From NCBI GenBank assembly GCA_964188305.1, contig OZ076897.1: DNA of 64,000 nt; one strand, 5' to 3'. A program made the position numbers and the translations under genes. Shown one piece after another: positions 1 to 13,317 of this stretch; within the stretch, counting starts at the first letter, position 1, and the number at the start of each line of letters is the position of its first letter. This DNA comes from Podarcis bocagei. Its lineage: Eukaryota. The notes under the pieces were generated by a model that ran no database searches, was not told where the DNA came from, and saw nothing but the letters and a program-made list of their open reading frames with translations.

Positions 1-1999
1 TACACAATTCTTGTAAGACCAAGAGAAGGTATATGAAGCACTAGGAGCACATCAGAAAACAGTGAGAGAGAGCAATCCTGTACATGTTTACTCAGAAGTA
101 AGTGCCACTATACACGCTGTGGGAAAGCTGTAGCCTTCCAGATGTTGCTGGACTAAAACTTCCATCATTCTTGACTATTGGTCATGTGTGCTGGGGCCAA
201 TGTTAGTCCACTTCCATCTGAAGGGCCACAAGTTCCCCACCACTACTATGTGTACCTCCATGAGAGCACATCCCATAGAAAACAATGGGACTTACTTTTC
301 TATGTAAGCATGCACAGAATTGCACCGTCATTCCTAGGTAACATTTAAGCTGCAGTCCTAAACACATTAGAATCTGCAAAGCAAGCACGTTGGACAAAGT
401 GAGACATCTTCAAAATGTATAGGATTGTGCTTTAAGTCTTATCATGGTTGTTATAAACTAAACATGTTTTAATTAATAATGTGCCTTATCAGATTACTCC
501 ATTATTTAATCAAAACTAACAAATAAAAATGGCATATTATCAAAATCACAAAACAGGTGCATTTTGGAGATAAATATAATTTACAGTTTATTTGCTTTAA
601 TAAAACTATCATTTGAACTGGAGTAGCCCAGAACTGATCAACAGACTGCAAGTCAAAAATGCTAAAGGCAGTATAAGTTAACTTACATTAGCTAGTCTGA
701 TGCTTTCTTTAGTTATCAAAGCAAATAGCTCAACTGGCAGCCATTTAGATGATGGGGAATCTTTCAAGAGAAGAAGAAAAAGTGAGAGTTCATTTAGTTT
801 GTTACCACTAGGAATTTAGATATAATTGAGAAAATATTATGCAAAATAAAATAATCAAATTTCATAGTTAATCCCTAAAACTGCAAAATACTTAAAGTTC
901 AAATTTGAAATTATTAATCATTTACAATATAATAAATGACTAACCCACTCACCCCAATCAGTATTTGGGCTGTTACCTCTAGGTCACATCTATGCATGTG
1001 AAAAATGAATCCTAGCATAATCCACATTCTGCTTAAACCTCAATTTCTAATAATAAACAATTATTTCGTAATACCTATTATATTTCTTTTGTGCTTTGTT
1101 TATCAGGCTTTATTATTTTTTTAATGGGCCTGGCTCTGTAGGAGACGTAAAGTTCAAAGTTACACAAAGCTCTTCATCAGGCAAATTTACCATTTTTGCT
1201 ACAAAGTACACATTGCATTGAAAAGGAGGAAAGCAATTCCAAACCATTATGATTTACAAATTGGGGAGAGAATGATTACTTAGATACTTGCTATCCATCC
1301 ATAGACAACAAAGCCAAGCTGCCTGATCTATACCAAATGAATACATCTAGATAAAAAGTAAGGCAGATGGGCTACATCAACCACTTCCTAGGTCATACTA
1401 CAAGACTCTCTCAAAAACAGTGTTTCGTTCACGTAGCAACATTTATGCAGCACTACTGTACTCCAAACTGTGCAATAAATCTGAATAAAGAGTTCCATGT
1501 AACACAGAAGTTTGTGTATTTTTACACCAGGCAGTGTACACCTATCTTGTACTTGAAAGAGTGCGATCCCATATACAGTATGTCTACTTAGTAGAAAGCA
1601 CATCGGAGCTCAATTGGGCTTACTTCCAAGTAAATATATATACAGGATTGCGCTATTAGTCTCGGGCATTGACCTGGCCAAGTCTTTGAGTGTAACAGAT
1701 TAAAATAATCATGAAAGGGATAGTCAACCGAAACATAACGATTCAGTTAAGTGTAAGTCTACCATCGGCAGGAAGTCGGTCTAAAAAAGAACCTTGCTCG
1801 GTTTTGTAGCCTACAAACAGTAAGCTGAAAAAAGAGAGAAATGGCGGGGAGGGGATTTCTAAAGGCACAGGAGAAATTAGGGATTCGGGACAGGAGAGCC
1901 GGAACACAACAGCCTCTCTTTAAAGAGGGGAAGTTGCCATTGCGAAAGAAGCATGAGGTTTTGCCTGGAACGCGTCACCTCTGCTTCAAAGGAAACAAA

Positions 2000-2400
2000 C
2001 ATCAGATCTTACCTTGCAAGCACAGCTGGCTGAAAACGCAGGGCTGCCCAAGGGCCATGGGCAAATGTCCATCAGCATTTTATGCTCTCCAGCCCACTTA
2101 AGCCATATAGGCAAGCGCGTCCGCCCTTCCGGCCCGCGATCTCCTTCTCACCCAGATCACGCTCTCCGATCCTCAATGGGGGTTACCATGCAACCCCGCA
2201 CGCTCCGCCGGAGCTCTCCGCGCGCACGGCAAACGCCCCGGTTAAGCTCCGCCCGCCGGACGCCAGCCTCCGCTTACTGCGTTGTACATAGGAAGACCAG
2301 CGCGGTCGAGGCGCATGCGGACTTCACTTCCGGCTACTTCGGGGAAGGGGGGGGAGAGCACCGAATACGGAGGTAAAGTCTCGGATATAAAACTAAACAT
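2000..2400 (-). promoter_or_regulatory. CpG-island promoter and probable non-coding first exon of a divergently transcribed gene (CCDC126 expected by synteny)
   Basis: CpG-rich island with an NRF1-like GCGCATGCG (~2311-2319) and ETS/GABPA-like CTTCCGG motifs. Minus-strand donor-like sites include AAG|GTAAGA at 2013/2012 and TGG|GTGAGA at 2152/2151. Gene identity rests only on the known amniote order CCDC126-TRA2A-IGF2BP3; no coding sequence is visible here. Confidence 0.5.
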
Positions 2401-3408
2401 CAGTAACATCAGTGATGATGGACCGTGTATGTCTGATCTGACGTTTCATCAGAAGTTTTTACTCGTTGCAATCCGAAAGTTTGCATTTCAGCTTTCAACC
2501 CACGCCTAGTTTCGTTTTAAATGCCTAATAGGCTTTTCCCCCTTACCCATAAATACTAATTTACTTAAATAAATAGTATATTTCATGAATAGCAATTATA
2601 TTGGCAGTTTTTGTCAGCTAGAGGACTCCCACGTTGTGTCCTGTCATTTCGCCTATTTGTCCAATTATTATGCCTCACTGTCTGTTTGATAATCTTGTTA
2701 TAGTATATGTTGCCAATAAATGTGCTGCTGGGTTAATCTTATCCTCTGCAGCAGTTATATGAGACAGGTGCAATGTATTTGGTTCTCCAATTCCATCAAG
2801 TTTGTTGTGAGTCTTTTGACTTATAAACCCAACCACCTCTTTTGCTAACATAAGACCTTAGGATTCTAACTGTCCAGAATCCAGTTTTACACTGCAATCC
2901 AATTCCGTCCCACTGAATTAACACCCAATTAAATATTTATATGATTTCAGCCTTACTTTAGGTGTATCCCAATGGAATTTCCCCCACTCTCTGAAGAGCA
3001 CTCACTATCATATAACACAAACTGCTTTTGAAACTCTTCTCAATTACAAAAGGAGTTTCCTGGGTGGCATTGGGGAGCTGCTATTTTAGAAACCCAAACC
3101 CAAACTTCCCTCATGCATGCATAATTTGTGAAGTAATTAGGCCAATCAAAATAGTAAACTAGCTTTTTTTGTCCAGAACTCATCACGAGGCTGGATGTTA
3201 AGCAAAGGGGAATGAGGAGAAAGGTGATGGTTTGGTATTAAATCTTATAAAGTCTCCATTGGTCTTAAGAGTGTGGGAGGATGGGAAAGAGATGATTCCT
3301 ATTTTTTTTTTTAATATATATATAATCCAGCATACTGTGACTGCTTGGGCAATGCATGCTGCTCACAAGTCAACATGTGCAGGCATGTCAGACAAGAGAA
3401 TAGGCCTG

Positions 3409-3450
3409 TGGTATCTGAAGAAGTGTGTATGCACACGAAAGCTCATACCA
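3409..3450 (+). ncRNA. Minimal type I hammerhead ribozyme motif
   Basis: UGGUAU-CUGAAGA-A-GUGUG(UAUG)CACAC-GAAA-GC-UC^AUACCA. Stem I is 6 bp, the CUGANGA and GAAA core is intact, stem II is 5 bp, predicted cleavage after C3444. Confidence 0.7.
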
Positions 3451-3515
3451 ATAACAAACTTAGCTGGTCTCTAAGGTACTACTTACGGGAAGGAATTTTT
3501 AAATTTTGTTTTGAG
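3409..3515 (+). mobile_element. Penelope-like element terminal fragment carrying a minimal hammerhead motif
   Basis: Same sequence family as the palindrome at 58313-58541 (GTATCTGAAGAAGTGTG..CACACGAAAGCTCATACCAA..AACTTAG.TGGTCT.TAAGGT.CTACT). Confidence 0.75.
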
Positions 3516-3790
3516 GCCTGTTACAGGGATTGCAGAGGTGGTGGGCGAGTAGGCAAGGGAGATTACATACCTAGTCCTAGGTCACTGCATAGCCTCTGAC
3601 TTGCCCATTACACACTTCAGTCACTTTCTCCAGCTCACTCCTAAAACAAGAGGCTTTAAAAAGGAAGTCTCTCCCTGGTGTTAACAGCAATTGATGCAGT
3701 TGGCAGAGCCCTTCAAGGGTTGCCATGTGCCCTCTTTTTCCAGGACAAACCCTCTCTTTCAGGGGTAAAATTTGAGACAAATTGCATTTA

Positions 3791-4009
3791 CAGTGGTACC
3801 TCAGGTTAAGAACTTAATTCGTTCTGGAGGTCCATTCTTAACCTGAAACTGTTCTTAACCTGAGGTACCACTTTAGCTAATGGGGCATCCCCGCTGCCGC
3901 CGCCACGCAATTTCTGTTCTCATCCTGAAGCTAAGTTCTTAACCCGAGGTACTATTTCTGGGTTAGCAGAGTCTGTAACCTGAAGCATCTGTAACCCGAG
4001 GTACCACTG
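3791..4009. mobile_element. Tc1/mariner-pogo (Tigger-like) MITE, family A
   Basis: TIRs CAGTGGTACCTC..GAGGTACCACTG, TA on both sides; further copies at 28763 and 33671. Confidence 0.85.
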
Positions 4010-4074
4010 TATTTGCTTTGAACGGCCATCATAGCGTTCTCTTTTCTGCTTTTCAAAATATGGCAACCCTACCT

Positions 4075-4313
4075 CAGGCACGTCCAACTTCTAAGAGACT
4101 GTGATCTACTCCCACTATATATATAAAAATATATATATATATAAAAGGCAGTGATCTCCCCATTGGATTGACCAGAGTTGTTGAGCTTTTTGGGGGGGAA
4201 GAGTTGTTGAACTTTTTGGGGGGACAATCAACTGAAGTTGTTGAGCTTTTTTGGGGGGGCCATCAGGGTCCCGCAATCGGCTGGATCGTGGATCGACCGG
4301 TTGGATATCCTTG
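4075..4313. mobile_element. hAT-type MITE
   Basis: Ends CAGGCACGTCCAAC..GTTGGATATCCTTG with an imperfect 8-bp TSD (CCCTACCT/CTATACCT); related copy at 9977-10229. Confidence 0.65.
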
Positions 4314-5079
4314 CTATACCTCATCCCATGACTTCACATGGAAGTGAGCAGTTGAGGGCAAATATGGCTGGAACATCGTTACTGATTTATTATGACTTAC
4401 AAAATTTATAAACAGCTTAATTGCAAAAAAAACCCCAAAATAAAAATCCCTAAAAGTGGATTACAGAAAATAAAAACAGTAAACTCAGGAAGAATTTAAA
4501 ACATACTAAAGTTAAAATACTAAAACCAATTAAAATTACCTGAACTTTCTAAGCATCTGGGTAGGTTTGTCTAAACAGGAATGTTTTGGGCAGGTACCTG
4601 CTTGATCTCAAGAGTCAGGGAGTTCCAAAGTGCAGCTGCTCCCACACTATGAAACTGAGTTATTACAAAAGTGGGATAGGTATTATGTGGCACCTGTCAT
4701 GGCCTTTAAAGAGTGTGTGTGTTGTGGAGCTTCGAAGCTAAAGGGATCATCGACAGTATCTATTGGTTTATAAGCTACAGTGTATATAGAAGGAATGGAC
4801 ATCTGGAGATAATGTTGCGTGGGGATCCTGCCCGAACTTACACAGGAGTTAGTCCAGCCTAGAGTCAGCTGCCTTCGCTCCCAATGTAGATGCTGTGGAA
4901 ATCCTATAATATATAATACATCCTTTATTACAAGCCCTACATGGAAAGGCAGCAGGCAGGAGCCACATTCCATGTTCATATTCCTCCACAGATCCAGAGG
5001 AGAAAGAAAGCCAAGGCTTTGAACCCAGAAACAAAACAGCTGTTAACTATAGACCCAAAGGAGCTGTAATCACTACAAC

Positions 5080-6050
5080 GTAAGCCTAGCAACGGCCTAA
5101 ACAGGAGGGGCTGCGTGGACTCCACTGCGCTTGCGCTACTCCTTCTGCCTCCCGCTTCGCTCCTGACGGCGGCGTCGCCTCCATTGTGGCCTATGGGGCG
5201 GGGCATTCGGTAGCTCCGCCCCCTCGCGCAGTGTCGGGCGCAGACCTTACGGAGTGAGGCGCCATTTTGCGCTGCTGCTGCTACTGCCGCTGCCTCCGCC
5301 GCCACAAGAGGGTAGCTGGTTGACTGAGGAGGCAGCCTCAGGAGAAGGTCGCGGCGCTCAAGCGCTCCTCGCCCGGGTTCCCGCTCGTTTCGTCCGCCTG
5401 CCGGGTTGGGAGGAAAGCGCCGCCATGAGTGACGTGGAGGAGAACAACTTCGAGGGGAGGGTGAGTAGTGAGCGCTTCTCTGTCCAGGCCGAGGTGTCGG
5501 AGGCCTGGCCTGGCCCTAGGGCACGAAGTCGCTCGAGACGCGGGGGAAACGGAGCCTCCCAGCCGGGCGCGGAGCGGGGCGGAGCCACCCGGAGGAGAGC
5601 GCCGTTGTTTCTCCAAAATGGTTTCCTTCGCCTGAGGTGGGGGCCGCGCTGACGCCCGCGGGGGCCGTTTTCGCGGTTTCTGTTCCGGGCCTGGCTTTCC
5701 CGCCCTCCCATTTTTGAACCGGGATCTTTAGTCTTAAAAAAACAAAACAAAACCCCAAAAAACACGATCCTGGGATTCCGGTTGTTACGCTCTCTCCTGA
5801 TTCCTAGCCCACCCGCTTCCCAGTTTCTAGTTCTGAGCTCTGCTGTTACCGCTAGAACCCGATGAATCTCAATATATATATTATGTTTAAAACTGCAGAA
5901 CCATCCCCGCTTTCTTCTTTTCCAAGGCCCCGACCGCCAAATCCTGAGCGAAGTTAGGATTTGTTTGTTTGTTAGGGAGGGATCTCAACGCCTCGTGTAG
6001 ATTAGGAAATCCGGCGCGTGAGGACCGAGGCGATCTTCTTTCTTAGGCAG
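5080..6050 (+). promoter_or_regulatory. TRA2A: TRA2A CpG-island promoter, 5' UTR and intron 1 start
   Basis: CpG-rich; GC box GGGGCGGGGC (~5195); YY1-type GCCATTTTG (~5261); Kozak context GCCGCCATG at 5419-5427. Confidence 0.85.
5425..5460 (+). CDS. TRA2A: TRA2A coding exon 1 (MSDVEENNFEGR)
   Basis: Matches the vertebrate TRA2A N-terminus; donor AGG|GTGAGT at 5460/5461. Confidence 0.97.
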
Positions 6051-8378
6051 AAAAGGCTGTTTTCCCTCCGGCTCAATCTTTTCAGACCGAAGACCCACCT
6101 TTAGCCCACACATGCAATTGGGGACCTACCTCTTAATTATTTTTTTACTGATACATTGCTATGACGGTGGTTCTGTAGCGACCCAGCTTTAGGTCAGGGT
6201 TCCTACTCTGCGATTGAAGGTCAGCGTCCTCCTAGGCAGCCTTCTTGTATCTCCAGTACGACTTCTAGTTTAAACAAGGAAAGCCAGAATCATTTTTTTG
6301 TTGTGTCTGGGGTGGCGGCAGACATTTTGCTCTGTTTAGGTTTGTTGTTAGTAACTCAACGGTTTGATCCAAAGCCCGCGCCTGTGCTTCACCCGCGCTG
6401 TTTTGTTATTTATTATTGTTATATATGTTGTAGGAAATCCTTCGATTGACCCCCTCGGAAGCTTTCCGAAGGAGAGGTGTGAATCCTCTCTCAAAAGAAT
6501 TGGAGGCATTATTTAGTAATGGCATTGCGATTCATGCCTGGGAAAAGTGCATTATCCTAGCTTGATTTATCAGGGTGTTTTATACTAGTGTTTATCTACC
6601 ACTATACAGCAGCTTGAGAGACTCCCTTCCTTTCCCCTGCCCTCCAGTATAAAGAAGTATGAGGGAGTTTCCTGATTCTGAAATACGTGTCTTTGGCACA
6701 GCTTGCAACTCACAATTTCCCATATAAATCTGAAAAGTAGCAATAGGGAGGTGTGGGTGAGTGTTGTAAGCCGAACAATTCCAGCCATTCTTGGATGGAA
6801 TACATTTATTTGACCCTTGGCAATTATGGTCAGACTGGGCTGGATGTGGGACTGGAACAGCATTAGTTACACTTGGTGAATGATCTGTACTTGGAGGTGA
6901 ACAGGGAGAAACTTTTTTTGGACCTCTCAGCACCTTTTAGGTCATTCCATTCTTCAATTCCAGTTTGAACTTCTAGACAGAATGTCTGGGCTATTGGTCA
7001 GAATGATTCTATGTTGTTTTTTAAATTGGCTACATTCAGCATAAGGATATTTGGAAGACTCGCTTAGTGCTGTGGGAATAGGGCCTGCCATATCAATATG
7101 CTGATCACATCCATCTCTATTCTCTTATGTAAGCATCCAGGAGTGACTGTCAGTGTTGAACCAATGTATGGTGGCTAAGACAAAACAAAATGAAATTAGG
7201 CCAAAGAAGACATGGGATCACCCACTACCACCACCTAAGTCTTTGGCAGGGAGGGGGTAGTAAAGTAGCTGGACACAGATTCACTGCACGACTAACTCTG
7301 CAGTACTGTACTGTCTACTGTGCTATATTTAACACATGCACACATGCGTGCATACAACATGTTTTAACAGGAAAAGCACACTATTTGTTTCCATATCCAT
7401 TTTTTTACCATAGAGAGAATGCTAGTTCTGGGTTTTTTTTGGGGGGGGGGAATGCTTTGTTTATGGATAAGCAGGTAGTGATGGTCCAGGAACACTTTTT
7501 ACCAGCTCCACTTCTCCACTGCTCTGTTTTTAAAAGCAGGGATGTCCACTTTTAGCCTGTAAACTTCTGTGCCCAATTCAGAGTTCCTGTGCTTGCCTTA
7601 TAAATCTAGACCACCCTATCTAGAACCATTTATATCTATATGCAGGGCTAGCCTAATATATTTTGGCACCAGAGGCAGATCCCCACCAGGGAAGAAGGGG
7701 TGAGGGAAAATCTACATCAGAAACAAGGTGAAGGGAGATTGACATGGGGATCTGCTACCCCAGTGAAGCTTACCACATGAGGCAGTCATTTCACCTTGCC
7801 TCGGGTGGGCCAGCCTTGTCTATATGTACCCTAATTCCAGCTGTGGTGATTTGATCAAAGCATTCTGCATATTCCCTCATTATATGAAGTGAAAAGTTGC
7901 CAGCTAGCACTGGAGTTTTCACATTAACTGGCCTGGAGCTCTAAAACCTGAGTGGTAGTATTTAATGCTGATTGAACATTCCAAGAAAATACCTTGCATT
8001 CTTTGTGCATTCAAATTTAGTTTTGAATGTGCACAAAATAAAATAACATGTTTAACCTGTGATGATGAGTGTGTGTTAAATATATAGAGCCACATAGTTC
8101 TGTAGAAAGTTAGCAGGGCAGAGTATCTGTGTTCAACTAGTTCACTACACTTAGAACAGATCTGCACAATTCAAAGCAAACTGCTGCATCAAAAGTGGTG
8201 TTCTATTACAGAATGCTTTGTAGTCATTTGGGATACGTAGAGTGTATCTGTTTGGTTTTCAGTGCTTTGGTGCTCAGTACTGATAATGGGTTTGATGATA
8301 AAACACTTGGTGCTCAAAAGAAAATTTTAAGTAGCTTGTAAATGAGCCCACAAATACTATGCTATACCTGTGTTGGTT

Positions 8379-8436
8379 CCTCCTCCTCCTCTTCTTCTTC
8401 TTCTTCTTCTTCTTCTTCTTCTTCTTCTTCTTCTTC
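8379..8436. repeat. (CCT)n(CTT)n microsatellite
   Basis: Seen directly; it produces the poly-Leu in spurious ORF 8370-8615. Confidence 0.95.
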
Positions 8437-9846
8437 GCTTAACTCATTCCTTGCCTGCCTTCCTAGAGCCAGTTTTATCATTCTGTATCTGTATTAGAGT
8501 TGTGGCTTGGCTCAGGGCAATTTTGTATGTTAAATGCCCTAGTTCTGTACCAGAGCATGCTTGCTCTTATATTAGTAGTTTTTGTAGGAAAAGGCAGATG
8601 ACTGAATACATTTGAGAAAGATAACTCATTGGGCTAGTGTTTCTCAGAGACAGCCAAAACAAAAACAAAACAAAAAACATGCCAACCTGACAATTTCTTG
8701 AAGGCTTCAGTTGTAGAAGTGCATTTTGAAGCAGGACTAAACACTACTACTGTTTCCAATAAATACTTGACAACTTGAGAGGTTCAAAGTTAATTCTATA
8801 TTTTCTTAATCCTAAATAGTTGCATAAAGTATTGGGAAATTGCAGGTGATTGGATGTTTGATGTTTGGGGATTTAACAAAATATTGGTAGTCCTATGGTT
8901 AGACCATACCTAAAAAACATAGATGCAGACTTCTAATATTTTTTTTAAGGATTTTTGTCAGGCTGTATGTTGGATCTGTATTATAATTGCTTACGTTTAT
9001 TGTAGTGTTGAAAAACACTGCCATGTAATGTCTGAACCCCTTTAGATTCTAACATGGGAGCCTGTCTAGCAACCACACTCTTGGGCCTTGGAGGGCTGTT
9101 ACCCTAATCCTAGAAGTTTAGGCCTTTGCTCTGATTATTTAGTAATGAAGGCAGTGCCCTCCTTTATTGTTTCTAAACATTTCAAGGCTAAACATGAATG
9201 CTTAGAAGAAATTCTAGGGCTGAGTTCTCAGCTTTGGATGAAATTTAAGAGAACTTTATTTCTAACCTGCACTGGTGTGTTTATCCTGCCCATGCTTTTA
9301 ACATAACAAAGGCAAACAATTCAAGTGTTAGCTATGTTACATTGGTGCTACTTCCAGTTATGGCTTTGAGCTATTGGGTTCTAAACATACATTCAGAAAT
9401 GGACTCAGAATGTGTGTTCCATGTTGAAATGTTGATGTAAAGCAGCAGTGGGGAATCTTGGGTCCTGGGGGCCAAATCTGGCCCTCCAAACCTCTCTGTT
9501 TGGCTTCTTCAGATTCACTTCCAGGCCTCACTCCTCATCATTTCTGCTTTTCACTATCCTTGAGTGTTTTTGCCTGGCTAAAATTTGTCCTTGAGCTTTG
9601 ATAATCCTTTTGCTAGTCTGGATGGAAGATAGAGAGGGTTGTCTGAGAGTGTGTGTGGAAACTATCCCAGCATGTGGTCCTTTGAAGTCTTTGCTTTCCC
9701 ATGCAGCAGGGACCAGTGCAGGGCAAGCTGATGGGCAATCAGCTGTCCTCCAAGCCAGGTTCAGCACAGCTGCTTACAGTAGGAACCCCAGCCTGGCCTC
9801 AGGCAGGTGGTAAAATGTCTACACAAAAGGTAGAGTTGTCTTCTGC

Positions 9847-9913
9847 ACTATAAAAACAGCATGGTATATTGGTTCCCCAAGGACCAGAGCAGATACCATG
9901 CTGTTTTTATAGT
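9847..9913. repeat. Perfect 21-bp inverted repeat with 25-nt spacer
   Basis: ACTATAAAAACAGCATGGTAT (9847-9867) and ATACCATGCTGTTTTTATAGT (9893-9913). Confidence 0.9.
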
Positions 9914-9976
9914 TACTATGCTGCAGAATCGCACACTTTCATGAATTCGCCTGATCTCCTTTTCTATAGCTTAAGG

Positions 9977-10229
9977 CAGGTTTGGACAACTCCCAAGAGA
10001 CTGCGATCTGTTCCCAGTATAAAAAACTGGCAGTGATCTACCCATTGTCATTGAAGGGAGGAGTATGCATGGGGTGGGTGGATTGCCCAGAATTTTTTTT
10101 AGGAGAGAAGTGCCCAGAGTTGTTGAGGTTTTTGGGGGGAAGATTGCACAGAGGTTTTTTTAGCTTTCCCCCAATAACTTTTTGTACACTATGAGGATCC
10201 CGTGATCTACCACTGGTTGGACATCCTTG
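9977..10229. mobile_element. hAT-type MITE (same family as 4075-4313)
   Basis: Shared internal AAGAGACTG.GATCT and GGCAGTGATCT motifs; 8-bp TSD GCTTAAGG/ACTTAAGG. Confidence 0.7.
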
Positions 10230-13200
10230 ACTTAAGGCATTGGGTCTGAGTGGTCTGTAGTTAGTACAAACTTTGGAGTGCTCTCAACTCTAGGGAACAT
10301 GGGGTTCCTGAATTGGTGCTCTTTGAGGATACTGGAAGTACTTTCTGTGCAGACAGAATTGCCTGTGAACCAGATCATTGCCCTTCTTCACTGAGTGCCC
10401 CCTAAGCATACTGGTTTTATTTGGAGTTGATGGTATCTTAATTAGCTTTATTGAGCTTTTATTGCTAGCTGTAAAACTTCTATTTCTATAGCACTCTGGT
10501 GTAAAACTGCTTTACAATGCCAGTTCTATTCATCTTCTCTTATTCAACCTCTCAACAACCTTGTTAGGTTGAATGATGGTGAGCACAGAAATTATGTGGC
10601 TCATTAGGAATTTGGACCTAGGTCTTGGACTTGCCAGGGCATAGCAACTCGCCCGCCCCCCTGCACTAGGGTTTAGACTGGTAAAAAGATACCCCTGTTG
10701 TCATGAGGGGAAATGTAATTGAAGATGATTTTTTTCAATTGATCACACCTTTTAATTGATTTACTCTTGCAACTCTTTAGGCCCATTTTAAAGTGCTTGA
10801 GAAAATTTATTGTCCTGTCTTGTTGAAGGTATCAGCAAAATAAAATTAACTATTTTTAGATTCCTATTTGTATACATTTATCAATGTTATATAACAGTAT
10901 CATTGTATTTGAAAGGGCTCATTTGACAAATCCTTTAAAAAAATAGTTTATTTTATTATTTATTAAATTTGTATTCTGCCCTTCATCCAAATATCTCTGG
11001 GTGGTTCATATATCCCACGCATCATATAATACAAAACTTAGTTGTTTATCTACAATATCAGTGGTACCTTCCATTCCGCTTTGTTTATGGCAGTCTTCAA
11101 AGTTGAATGGTTGTTTCTCACAGGACTCTTAAGGCTGCACACTCAGGAGTAAGTCTTACTGAATTTGGTGGTACTTGCTTCTGTGTATAGCATTGTCCTG
11201 TAGATTTGTTTATATTGGGTCTCAAACCATCCCAGTCATCACACACTAGATAAAGATTTTAGCTTTCTTCCACCTTCATATATACCTATTTACATTTTGA
11301 ATATTAAGAGTCACAAATTTTGGTGGACCTAGTGATTACTTGTGGTTTTCCTGACCTCTTGTCTGAGTCCTCTGCACAGAGAGCTCTGGGAAAGAGTCTC
11401 AAGTTGTGATTGGATTGGGCAAGTAGCTGCCAGGAAGAGATCCATGGTTGCAGATGACGAAATGACCACCTCAAGATTCAGTCACGGCTCCCCTATGGTT
11501 GGGTGTAAGTTAAACATGTGAATAAATGCTAGTCTAAAGGGTTTATACCTTTGATTCTGCTCAGAAGGTTTGTCCTACATTCTTGACACTTTTACATTAT
11601 GAACATAGTTATCTGAAGGCAACAGAAAGAAAGCTTAATCAACAGTTGTTGGAATCTGACTATTAAGTCTTCTCTTAGCACCTTAATTTAGGCTGTTATC
11701 CTTTACTCACTTACCTGTGGATAATTCCTATCGAATTACTGCTCCATGGGGCTTACTTTTGAGTAGGCATGCCTGAGATTGCCTTGCCAGTGTGAAATAA
11801 TTTCATATATGAAAAAAATTATTATGAGTATATTTTTGCTGCCACCTTGTGAGAGTGCTAACCTGGCACTGCACAGTATACTCCTTCTTTACTAATTGAT
11901 TCTTGTGGAAGTTTGCTGGTGGGATGTTTGGGTTAGAAACTTAGTCAATGAAGTGGGCTTTTTTCTTTTTAATGGGCAAGCATGAAAAATGAGGCACCCT
12001 GCCCCACTTTCATATTTAATATTTTCTTTGGTTAAGCCTTTTTCCACCATCAATTTCCCTGTCTTTCTTACCCATTCCTCCTAATGTTTTTTTTTAAAGA
12101 ACATTGTCTTGTTTTGACAATTAGACACAGCTCCACAATATGGTATTTTCATCAACTCGGGGAAAGTAATGGTGCTATTAAAATGTGCACATTTAGACTA
12201 TCGCGAGTATGCAGATTCCCTTCTGAAAAATTCACTACTTCACTCTTCAATATGACATAAATATGGGAAAACAGGTCTGAAATGAAATGATAAAATGGCA
12301 TCTTTAATGAGAAACAAAACAGTAAGAACTATAAGACAAAATGACATTTGGCAAAATAAATGCAGTAAGAAGTTTTCATTGGCTAAAAAGGGAATAAGCT
12401 AGACAGAGCAGTACAGATTGCTGTGCAAATGAGAAAAGGAGGGCACAGTTTTGATGTATCTTAATGTAATGTTCATGATACATACAGTGAAGATTCAAAT
12501 TCAAATATGCAATATCTTTCCATAAAATTCTTGATCTGTTCTTTTAGTTTCTCTGTTTGCCCAATCACCTCTTTTGAGTGTGCTTATTCAAATATCTTAT
12601 TTTCCTGTATTGCTTGTTTGATTCATCTGTTGCTCTGACAAGGAATACAGAATAACAGTCCCAGTAGCTTCACATGGAGCCACTACCGAAGTTGATTTAA
12701 GTTGTTACTGAAGAAGAGCCTTAAATTGGCTTCATTTCTTCCCTACTATGCACATATTTTGTAGGTTTTGGATAGAATGGTTAGGTTTGGGGGGGGGGAA
12801 GTATTTTGGAATATTCAGATCATTGGCACATCTGTGGCCTGAATCCCAAGAACTGCAGCTAGTTGGACTTGGTACTTGTCTGTCATGAACAACTGCTCCC
12901 CAAGCTGCATGTTAAACTTCTTGAAGCTGGGAGTTTAAAAGTTTGTGATGCAGCCTGGGGTGATGGGGAGCTGGGCATTATATTAGGCATGTCTAACTCC
13001 CTGTTTGCATCTAGTGTAGCTCTTTGAAATCTGTCATATAAGTTTTGTTTGACATTTTTAACTTCAGGCAATCCTAGTATTTAAGGTAACACTGAAGTCT
13101 GTGTGTATCATATGGAAGTTAGAAAAGGAGCAGAATAGATTTAGAACATTTGGGAAATGTTGCAAGGAAATCAGTGGACTCATTTTTAGAGCCTATATGA

Positions 13201-13317
13201 TTACACCAGTTAAAAGATTTTTTTTTGAAAAACTGCTTTTATAAATTAGTTATTTGCACTTTACCTGCTGGCTATTCAATTTTGGTAGATAAAAGTCTGA
13301 AACTCCAGCAGAGTTTT

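Noticed and set aside
2408-2442. C/D-box-like motif pair (GTGATGA..CTGA)
   Set aside because: Boxes are only about 12-17 nt apart and lie in a promoter, not an intron; too short for a snoRNA.
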